A DNA stretch of 64,000 nucleotides from Octopus sinensis (lineage: Eukaryota). The first letter of the stretch is position 1. Every line of letters begins with the position of its first letter. The stretch covers positions 138,756,001 to 138,820,000 of the forward strand of contig NC_042997.1 of assembly GCF_006345805.1 (NCBI RefSeq), read 5' to 3'. Shown piece by piece: positions 53,025 to 64,000 of the stretch. A model generated the notes under the pieces. It did no database searches and had not been told where the DNA came from. It saw nothing but the letters and a program-made list of their open reading frames with translations. Position numbers and translations under genes: made by a program.

Positions 53025-53402
53025 TATTGATTTCAAATTTTGGTACAAGGACAGCAATTTTCGGGGGAGAGTGGTCAACTGATACTTATTTTATCGAACT
53101 CGAAAGGATCAAGGGCAAAGTCGACTTCGGCGGAATTTGAACTCAAAACGTAAAGATGGATGAAATACCAATTTCTTTGCTACCCACAAGGGGCTAAACA
53201 CAGAAGGGACAAACAAGGACAGACAAACGGATTAAGTCGGTTATATCGACCCCAGTGCGTAACTGGTACTTATTTAATCGACCCCGAAAGGATGAAAGGC
53301 GAAGTCGACCTCGGAGGAATTTGGACTCAGAACGTAGCGGCAGACGAAATACCGCTAAGCATTTCGCCTGGCGTGCTAACGTTTCTGCCAGCTCGCCGCC
53401 TT
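53025..53402 (-). mobile_element. Dimeric SINE family A
   Basis: Same architecture as 49500-49875. Confidence 0.88.
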
Positions 53403-54024
53403 ATGAGAGAATAAATATCGCTTTAAAGTTTATGGTTGAATTATTGTTTGCACCATTTTGACTCATCTTTGGATCGACCGAGGGTCTCTAAATGAAATTT
53501 GGTTGACAAAAACAATGTGGAGGCTTATCCTTGAGTAGTAGATTTAATCTTTTGCCACCACATATCACTTAATTGCCTTTAGTGGGGACCACACTGTTGC
53601 TGGTTTCGGGCCTGATATCAGGTCTGAGGATAACTTCTTTATTTTTTCCCTACCAGCCTTGGACACTACCGAAAAGGTTCGTAGGTGCTATTCTTCTGTG
53701 ACTAACTCGTCAGCTCTTCTCTAAGTTTGTTTAAAAATCATGCAGCAACCTTTAAAATGACTTTATCAAGAAGATTGATATTACTTTTCACAGGGCCAAT
53801 TTCTTTCGTGAGGATATATAATGAATCGAATTTATATCTAACCGAAACATTTTCCATTTTCGTGGTGGTAGTATGAAAGCGTTTCATTGTTAACAATTAC
53901 TGTTATTACAGGAGCTTTCTTGTATAAAGAAATTTCCAAATGAAGAGAAAATATGTTTTAGCTTATAGAAATAACGCAATTTCATAATTTATAATCAGTT
54001 GTTTGAAATGAATACTATTTGGAT

Positions 54025-55564
54025 CAGTGTTGTAAACCGGGGTCCATACGGTCCCTGAGGGTACATATAAGATTTTGTGGGGTCCATGCAACAAAATAGT
54101 AAGTTAGAGATCCACAAAAAATTTGCTTTAGATGTACGTATTGGTATGTATTGCAAGAAATAGCTAGGTTTGTTTCTCTAATATTTTACATAGTTCAATC
54201 TACACAAGTTAATGTGTGAAAAACAAAGTAGTAATTTGGAAAAAAAAGTTTCTATAAAACTAGTTTTCATACATCGAATGGCTATAGAGGTCAATATAAG
54301 ATTTTTGTGGTCCACGCAACAAAATAGAAAATTGGGAATCCACAATGATATTTTAAGGGTCCCTGAAGAAAATTTGTTTTAGATATATGTATTTGTATGT
54401 ATTGCGAGAAGCAGCCTGGTTTCTTTCTCTAACATTTTATAAAGTAGGAACTTGGGAAGAATCTTTTATAAAACTAGTTTTTAAACATCGAATAGCCTTT
54501 TTATAAAACTAGTTTTTAAACATCGAATGACCTTTTTATAAATCTAGTTTTTAAACATCGAATGGCCTTTTTATAAATCTAGTTTTTAAACATCGAATGG
54601 CCTTTTTATAAATCTAGTTTTTAAACATCGAATGGCCTTTTTATAAATCTAGTTTTTAAACATCGAATGGCCTTTTTATAAAATTAGTTTTTAAACATCG
54701 AATAGCCTTTTTATAAATCTAGTTTTTAAACATCGAATGCCCTTTTTATAAAACTAGTTTTTAAACATCGAATAGCCTTTTTATAAATCTAGTTTTTAAA
54801 CATCGAATGGCCTTTTTATAAAACTAGTTTTTAAACATCGAATGACCTTTTTATAAAACTAGTTTTTAAACATCGAATAGCTTTTTATAAATCTAGTTTT
54901 TAAACATCGAATGGCCTTTTTATAAAACTAGTTTTTAAACATCGAATGACCTTTTTATAAAACTAGTTTTTAAACATCGAATAGCCTTTTTATAAATCTA
55001 GTTTTTAAACATCGAATGGCCTTTTTATAAAACTAGTTTTTAAACATCGAATGGCCTTTTTATAAAACTAGTTTTTAAACATCGAATGGCCTTTTTATAA
55101 AACTAGTTTTTAAACATCGAATGACCTTTTTATAAAACTAGTTTTTAAACATCGAATAGCCTTTTTATAAATCTAGTTTTTAAACATCGAATGGCCTTTT
55201 TATAAAACTAGTTTTTAAACATCGAATGGCCTTTTTATAAAACTAGTTTTTAAACATCGAATGGCCTTTTTATAAAACTAGTTTTTAAACATCGAATAGC
55301 CTTTTTATAAATCTAGTTTTTAAACATCGAATGGCCTTTTTATAAAACTAGTTTTTAAACATCGAATGACCTTTTTATAAAACTAGTTTTTAAACATCGA
55401 ATAGCTTTTTATAAATCTAGTTTTTAAACATCGAATGGCCTTTTTATAAAACTAGTTTTTAAACATCGAATGACCTTTTTATAAAACTAGTTTTTAAACA
55501 TCGAATGCCCTTTGATCATTAATCAAAGGGGTTTATAAATAAAAAAAATGGTTGAGAACTCCTG
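54025..55564. mobile_element. hAT (Charlie-like) non-autonomous element hosting a minisatellite
   Basis: Termini CAGTGTTGTAAACC and GGTTGAGAACTCCTG; 8-bp flanks atttggat / ctttagat; internal ~230-bp direct duplication. Confidence 0.65.
54464..55510. repeat. 35-bp minisatellite, ~30 copies
   Basis: Unit tttttataaaactagtttttaaacatcgaatggcc with few variant sites and no spacers. Confidence 0.95.
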
Positions 55565-56026
55565 CTTTAGATTATGGTATAAAATGTGAACTGTTTGTGT
55601 TAGAGTATAGTATCGAATTAATTTGACTAGGTACCACACAGCTTTTTTTTTTTTTGTGTGCGGGTGCGATATAATGAAAATTGAGCATCATAATGGTAGT
55701 TTGCGTAGTCATAATTTTGGTGATTAGCCGAATTGACCTCGGAGAAGAGGAAACATGGAGGTTGTGATGTTTATGGCTTTACCATAGTCATCAGGGAGTT
55801 ATTAATAATAACAGAGTAATATCGCAAAGAAAAATAATGATAAATAATAAAAAAAAGTTCGGTCGTTGCATTCGCTTGTGGCACATTTCTGCTAATTTCT
55901 TCCAGATTTTTGCCTTGTTATATAAGTCTCTCTGTGTGTGTTTGCATGTGCGTGCATGCGTGTGCTTTCGTGAGCGAATGTCTGCGTGTATGTGTTCGTG
56001 CGCGTGCGTGTGAGTGTTCGGGTGTA

Positions 56027-56075
<49 letters not shown>

Positions 56076-56180
56076 GTGCGTGTGTGCGTGCGTGCGTTAG
56101 CCTGTCTCAATAAAAACGGAGGAAATAAAATATCCTTCTCTGGCCGAATATGAAGCGTTAAAACACACACACACACACAC

Positions 56181-56245
<65 letters not shown>

Positions 56246-56338
56246 ATGTATATGTGTGTGTGCTTACGTATATTCATCTATTAATATGCACACATATATA
56301 CATAAATAATATGTATATATGTGTGTGTGTATGTATAT

Positions 56339-56382
<44 letters not shown>

Positions 56383-56901
56383 CATATATTACATATATAT
56401 ATATATGTGCATGCATATAATTACATATATATGAGTGTATGTGTGTGTGTGTTTGTGCGTGTATGTTTGTATATTATGCATAAAGATATACAAACATATA
56501 TGAAAGTATGAGTGTATGTGTATATACATACATGCATGTAGACAGGTCGGAGAGAGAGAGAGAGAGGGGGGGGGGAGAGAAAGACGAGACGAGACGACGG
56601 TTTGATGTTTGACGGAAGGGTAACAATCGTCTGGTTTGAAGAGGAATCCCGTTACTGCGAAATCTTGGCTGTGTACATTTCTTCTAATTTCTGTTTTTTT
56701 TTTTTATTTTCTGTTCTCGCTCCAGACGTTTCTTTTCATTTACGTGAAGCTGTTTTCTACCGCTGACATGTTAACTGAGTGCTTTAGTACAAATTTACAG
56801 CTTTGTGCAAAACCGTATCTCCACTTTGCAGATAGTTTGGAAATTACATTAATTATTTCAAATAAATTCGTTTGAAATAACACCAACTACAACCGACAGC
56901 T

Positions 56902-56950
<49 letters not shown>

Positions 56951-57042
56951 GCAGCAGCGATAACAATAATAATAATAATAATTACAACTGCAAGCGTTAT
57001 TTTCATTATTTATAATATTGCAGTTGTAATTATTATTGTTAT

Positions 57043-57477
57043 TGAGTGCTTGCCATCAAAGTGACATTAGAGTAAAATATATGAAGCCCATTATACCCAT
57101 CATGACTACCCGTCTGATATGGGTACACTAGGCACTTGCATCAGAATCATATGTGCGCGACGTGGTGATCTCATATCAAGATAAACATCGCATGACCTTG
57201 CAGGTGGGGCCCAGTTAGAATTTTCTTCTGGTCGAGTACCCATCCTGCTCAAAAGGTCCCTGAATAAGGGTTGTTTAAGGCTGTCGAACGAAACACCCAT
57301 GTTTCCAAAAGGTGAATTATTCAAACCCCTAAGAATTCCTTTCAACATATGGCTACTCCTGCTCGTGATCAGAGATGCACATATCGTCAGCCACTAAGGG
57401 ACATGCTCAACTGGTTAAGGTCAAACAACTGACAAACAGATCTGCGGTATTGAGCAGAATATTTGCTGTAGCCCATC

Positions 57478-57480
<3 letters not shown>
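57043..57480 (+). mobile_element. ~550-bp (TAA)n-embedded repeat, copy 3 (truncated, opposite orientation)
   Basis: Reverse complement of 10560-11017; runs into (TTA)n. Confidence 0.85.
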
Positions 57481-57547
<67 letters not shown>

Positions 57548-59399
57548 TTTAACACTATATGGTCGTACGCTTTCGTTTGATGCAATTCACTAGACATGTT
57601 AATATTCTCGGCATGATTGCAATGCATTGAAAAAAAAAGCAAAAACACTTTTAAAATGTCCATGTAACGGAATATAAAATCTACAATTGCCACAAACCAA
57701 AGAAACCTTTTTCTTGGAAAGAAAAAAACATAGTACTCAGGGACAAAATAGATAAATAAATAAATAAAATACAATAAAAAAAGACACGCCTTTTGACTTA
57801 AATGCTTATTTACTTCTCATTTTGTTTGTTTATATATTATTTTATTTCAGTATTGTTTCAACAGTGAAGTAAATAATATTGCATTTCACTACAGTTATGT
57901 CTGTATAATACTCAAGGAAGAATATGGACGTTAGAATATAGAGATTCAGTTGTGAATAGTTAAAATTAGTTAAAAGCAAATCTCTGCGAGCTAGCGAGTG
58001 AGCTTTTCTCTTGGTCGCTCTCCCTGCTAGAAATAACGACTAAGTTTCTTCAAATCACAGCCCATTGCCTTAAGTAAAGAACAAGAGACACATTGGACAA
58101 TGTAACCCCCGACATTTAATGTGCTTAAGGTGCTGTTGTACTCCGTCTCTGAATACAGGTGTCGATCTCTCATCATGTGGTGAAGTAGCTCTCTTGGTGT
58201 TTCGGCTCCTTCCGATGCGACACCAGAACTGCTTGGGGGTCACCCTCCGATTCAGGCAACAAAACTCCCACACAACAACACAAGCTTTGTTGAGACAGAT
58301 GTTGCGACTCTGAGCCAGATGTTTCTATCATTCTCAAAGCTCGTTCATGCTGCGCCGCTCGTCCTCTCATTTGATCCAAACGTAACGGCTCGTTTTCTCA
58401 TCGGCTTCCGACGATTTTCCGGCAACATTTTTTTGTCCTCTTCGCAACTGGCCCAAAAAGACAGGATGATCACGGCTGTAACGACTTTGACCTTTATGCT
58501 TGCTCGATCACAACAGATCAATATGAAGAAGAACAACAGCTAAACAATAACAACAACAGCTTTTAAACAAGGAAAGGGTGCAGTATTTAATATAGTCCCA
58601 CATATCCCTAAAACGACTGGATGGTCACGGGTAGAATGCGTTTCATCATTGTTGTGCTTGAAAAGGTTTGATCTGGGACTAAACAGAACAAATACAAAGC
58701 CTTGAGTGTGCAAATAGTAAGGTCCTGACAAGATAGTCTCAAATTCAGAATGAAACCATATTATCTTCTTAATGTCTTTGGAAGAGGCATGAACTCTAAT
58801 ACCTATTGCTTTATTTGTTCTAGTGTTTGAACAGCGGCCATACTGTAGCATTGCAACATTGCGCTTTGGTATTTTATCGATCTAGTAACGGATGAAAGGG
58901 ATATAACTCGAATGAGCTAAATAATGTGAGGGATTTTTTTTCCGACTAATTGATTCTTTTTTGTTCATCGCATGTACTTTGTATTACGCCAGTACTTTGT
59001 CTGGTACTTATTTTATCGATCTTCGAGGAGGACCACAGACAAAATTATCCGTGGTGTCCAGAGATATAAATCGGAGTGAATTAGACACTGTACAACACAT
59101 TTGTTCAATGCGCAACAGATTTTTGTTCATCGGATGTCTGAATATCCAGTCAATTCCGCACAGTTCGTGGCTACCAGATTTCACTACCAAAGCTTTAGTT
59201 GATGGAGCACAGAACCACATGGTTGCAAAGCTAGCTCCCTAAGCACAGACGCCATTTGTCTAACAAGACCACAATTCTTTGGATCGAATTGCAATAAAAT
59301 GTAGTGGAACAAAACCCAGAAATATATAGTTCGAAGCGAATTTCTTAACCATGCGGTAATGTTTGTGCCATATCATGGTATAATGTAAGTAGGTATGTG

Positions 59400-59950
59400 A
59401 AGGCGGATGGCTCAGTGGTTAGAGTGTTGGGCTCGCAATTATGCGGTTGTGAGTTTGATTCTTGGACCAGGCTGTGTGTTGTGTTCTTGATCAAGACACT
59501 TTATTTCACATTACTCCAGTTCACTCACCTGTAGAAATGAGTTACGATGTCGTTAGTGCCAAGCTGTATTGGCTTTTGTCTTTCTCTTGGATAACATCAG
59601 CGGGGTGACTGCTGGTCTTTCATAAACAACTCTTCCCGGACTTGTGCCTTGGTGAGGAATTTCTAAGTGTAATCCCATGGTCATTCATGCCCGAAGGGAG
59701 TCTTTGCCTTGTTTTTGTCTGCCTGTCTGTATGTATGTATGTGCGTATGCATATGTGTCTCGTCTTTGTGTTGTGTCTATTCTCCAACCACCACTTGATA
59801 AGTGGTCTTGGTTTCTTTACGTCCACGTACCTTAGTATTTCGGCAAAAGAAGCTGTTGGACTAAGTATCAGCCCTGGAGTCGATTTGTTTGACTAAAATA
59901 CTTCAAGGCGGTACTCCAGCATGGTCGCAGTCCAATGACTGAAACAAAAC
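59400..59950 (+). mobile_element. SINE family C joined to a SINE family B tail
   Basis: tggctcagtggttagagtg...gagtttgattc head; cagcatggtcgcagtccaatgactgaaac tail. Confidence 0.75.
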
Positions 59951-60199
59951 AATAAAATAATACTACACCGTTGAATGCAATTCTATATCTTAAAGGAGTT
60001 GTGGGCAAACTGCAACCAGTGGGATTTTCTGCGTTACATTACCAACCAAAAAATTACTTTCAATCTTTTTTTAGTTAGGGTAGCCCGCCCCATGATGATG
60101 ATCCATATCTCAAGCGGCCCGCTTCTCGAAAAAAAAAAAACGTCAACCCAAACCAAAAAATTCAATCGCTTCACAGTACCATTTACCACATTTCCAGCA

Positions 60200-60358
60200 C
60201 ACTACCACCAACACCACCACCACAACAACCACCACCATACCACCACCACCAACGCCGCCGCCGCCGCCACCACCACCACCACCACCACCACCACCACCAC
60301 CACCGCCACCGCCACCACCACCACCACTACCACTACCACTACTACCACCACTACCACT

Positions 60359-60389
<31 letters not shown>

Positions 60390-60525
60390 CTACCACCAAC
60401 ACCACCACCACCACCATACCACCACCACCACCACCACCACCAAACCACCACCACAACGCCGCCGCCACCACCACCAAAAACCACCACCACCAAAAACCAC
60501 CACCAACAACAACATCACCACGGCT
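60200..60525. repeat. (ACC)n-derived compound trinucleotide repeat
   Basis: Degenerate CCA/CAA/CCG/CTA runs. Confidence 0.9.
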
Positions 60526-60860
60526 AACAACTCTATAACTGCCACCATCTCTATCACCGCATAATAAAACCACACCCTGCGATATCATTGCATACCATAA
60601 CATCCTGCTATCCAACATTACCAAACACGAATGACTTACTACACGAGACCATATTACTACTCCTTCACTTCACAGTCAAAAATATCCACCTCTCATATCC
60701 ACCTCTAATATCATCCCACAATATCTTGGTATTTCTGAATAACAGTATAGTCTTGCTTTTGGCTCACAGTGGTAAATGGGCTAACCGGATGCCATAAATA
60801 CACATGCAATATGCATACATTCATAAATACGTAAGCGCGCGCACAGACGCTTAGACACAC

Positions 60861-60932
<72 letters not shown>

Positions 60933-61555
60933 AATATATATATATAAATACAAATACATATATATATATATATAAATACAAATACATATAAATATATATA
61001 TATAAATACAAATACATATATATATATAAATATATATATAAATGCAAATACATATATATATATATATATATATATAAATATATATAAATATATTATATAT
61101 ATATATATGTATATATTCACATACATATTTATATATGTATATATGTCTGTTCAGTATACACACGCAGAGACACAGACACATGTGCAAATATGTAGACAAC
61201 ACATACACACATACCCCATATACATTCAGAAAGTTCTACTTCTTGTTTACCATTACAAACTGGCAGCTGCTGCACTGCGCGGTTTGCCAGCTAAAATGAG
61301 TTAATATGTTGAAGAATACCAGTGAAATAGTGGCCTAGGATCTTAGCAGGAATCTAGGTCTAATAACTATAGATATTCACATTCCATGGCTTATGTGCTA
61401 TTTATGTCTATTCATTGCGTTCGCGAAACAAGACCGAATCAGATGCATGTTACAGGCCATTAACCCGAAAATTTCCGGACCGATTTAAAATCTCTTACAC
61501 TAACAAACTTACACACAATTACATATATAATCTTAATGAACGACTATATATATAT

Positions 61556-61586
<31 letters not shown>

Positions 61587-61663
61587 TATTATATATATAT
61601 ACATATACATATATACATGCATAAACTGAGATACATATATATGTATCTCGGTCTATATATGTA

Positions 61664-61722
<59 letters not shown>

Positions 61723-61911
61723 CACCCACATACATATATGTACATATACATAATTTATACATATGTATGTATGTATATCCATATGTGTGTGAATATATCT
61801 TACATATGCGCGTATATGTATGTGTATGTTTTATGTAAACAAGTCAAAACGCTTTTGACTTGAATTCCTATTCTATGAACTGCAGGCTTTATGTTTCATG
61901 TACAAAAGCAA

Positions 61912-62011
<100 letters not shown>

Positions 62012-62225
62012 TGTAATGCTGATACAAGTCTACAGTTGAATTTTTCAGGTTTCTACGTGTAAAGATTTTGCTTTTGTTTTGTTAATAATTTTAATTTTTG
62101 CGAGACATTAGAAAATTTAGGCTTTACGTCTCTCTCTCTCTCTTCACACACACACATATAAACGTATATATGTATATATACAGACATGCATATATTATAT
62201 ATATTATATACAGACATGCATATAT

Positions 62226-62278
<53 letters not shown>

Positions 62279-62293
62279 TACAGACATGCATAT

Positions 62294-62338
<45 letters not shown>

Positions 62339-63902
62339 AATAAATCTTTGAACGAGGTATAGACAGTAACTGCACGACAATGTGTATATTTGCCATCTCA
62401 ATATGGCCAACCACTAAGGGTGGATATTACTATATATATATATATATATATGCGTGTGTTTGTATGTGTGTGTATATACATACATACATACATATATGTG
62501 TGTGTGTAAATCAAAAGTAAAACACAACAAACGGAAATCGTCAAAACATAACAAGCAGGGAAAGAACGATAGTACAACAATGGCAAACAGGACAAAATAA
62601 GATACACGAATCATTCGCAGCCAATTGCTTCTTCAGTCGGAGTCTGGAATCTCCACGCAGTTTCGCACAATCCTCTCCGATACTACTCAAAACCATTTGG
62701 GCCAAGGGCTTAAACTGAATACATTAAGCCCCTGAGCAAGACAAACGAATGTACATATACAAACACAAAAAAAATAACAAGCAGAAAGAGGTTTTCGACT
62801 AAGGGACGAACGTAACATAAGAAATAGAATTATACACATACAGTGGACAAAGGCCTTTCGGCCATACAACAAAAGTTAATCGAAATAGAGTCTTTCGACT
62901 ATCAGACACTATAGTAAGCTAACGCAAGGAAAAAAGGAAATGGAAAAAATCTTGTGGCGAGACAGAACAAAACTGATGCGACTGACCAAAAAGAACGACA
63001 ATGCATAAACCGGACAGCGATCACATGGTACAGGAGGGGAGGAGTTGAAGAAGGCAGAGGGACTAAGGAATAGGAGAGAAGGGAAAGAAATCAGAGGGAT
63101 CAAATAATGAAAGGAGGGATCATATGTATACACACACATACATACACACATTCAGATATATATATACACTCTCTTCCCCTCTCCTCTCTTTCTCTCACAC
63201 TTACTTCCTCCCACCCACCTCTCCTCTCTTGCTCCGACACCTACTTCTCTTCACTCCAACCCACCTTCTCCCTTCATCGTCACCCCTCCCTCGTAATCCC
63301 ACTCCTATACAATCAAACTCCACCTTCCTTATCCATCCCATGACACCCACCCCACCCCATCCTTTACACTCACTCCCATATACCCCACCCCTACCCCCAC
63401 TTCTACCCCACCCTCAGCCTAACCCACATCCCACCGTTGCTTTCCCCACTCTCGCCTCCTCTACATCCCAACACCACCACACCACACACACCACACCCCA
63501 CCCACCCCACCACACACCAGCACACCACACACCAGCACACCATACACCACCATACTACACCTCACCACATCACATCACACCACCACACCATACACCACCA
63601 TACTACACCTCACCACATCACATCACACACCCACGCACACACAAACACTGACCACTTCCCAGCCCCACACTATCATCCACACACCTACACATGCACACAC
63701 GCGCACGCACACGTCAAGGTCACCAGCCCTCTTCCACACGCACATAATGCTCTCTTATAGACACGCACGCACACCTTCGTTTTGGGATCCACACTACTTT
63801 ATTATCTCCCATTCTTCCTAGCTCTCCTGTGTGACCCCTCTGTTGGGTATTCACCATGATAGATCGCTAGCTACTACACATTCTTTATTTTCTCTCCTTG
63901 TT

Positions 63903-63940
63903 TCTTTCTGTGGAAGAGCATACGTTCGAAACGTTAAAGA
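63903..63940 (+). ncRNA. Atypical minimal hammerhead-like motif
   Basis: tcttt CTGTGGAA gagc-atac-gttc GAAAC GTT aaaga; stems I and II intact, core deviates from CUGANGA, stem III could form only as a dimer. Confidence 0.45.
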
Positions 63941-64000
63941 CTTTTTCACTTCCCGAGCGTTAAGCTAATACATCTGTTTGCTGTCTACACCACATGTCTT

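Noticed and set aside
54464-55510. CRISPR-like array of ~35-bp partly palindromic repeats
   Set aside because: Units are contiguous with no unique spacers, there are no cas genes, and the context is eukaryotic
58070-58545. GC-richer segment with several short ORFs and a faint BED zinc-finger/hAT resemblance on the minus strand
   Set aside because: Motif residues are spread across frames; too weak to call without a translated search
59975-60624. Mucin-like or Gly-rich ORFs
   Set aside because: Product of the (ACC)n repeat; no splice or domain support

Overview
AT-rich, microsatellite-dense eukaryotic DNA. The tRNA-derived SINE families and the repeat landscape resemble octopus (coleoid cephalopod) genomes; this is an inference, not a search result. 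I can support no intact host protein-coding gene, and nearly all supplied ORFs are microsatellite or SINE artefacts. The window is a mosaic of three SINE families, fossils of Tc1/mariner, pogo/Tigger, maT, hAT, Helitron, RTE and R4/Dong elements, hairpin MITEs and a 35-bp minisatellite. The main signal is a dense set of (TA)n-embedded elements with inverted or partially tandem arms that carry type I hammerhead ribozymes (stem I-CUGANGA-stem II-GAAAC-short, mostly palindromic stem III-GUH-stem I'). I count 13 recognisable cores from about 7 sequence-distinct families, plus several decayed ones. One family retains a Penelope-like (Neptune-type) GIY-YIG endonuclease C-terminus. Two families are ~500-nt non-coding units whose junctions indicate a circular or multimeric RNA template (retrozyme-like). 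One copy ends at the predicted self-cleavage site. A second, permuted hammerhead-core-like motif recurs three times. All alignments and folds were done by eye, so boundaries are approximate.
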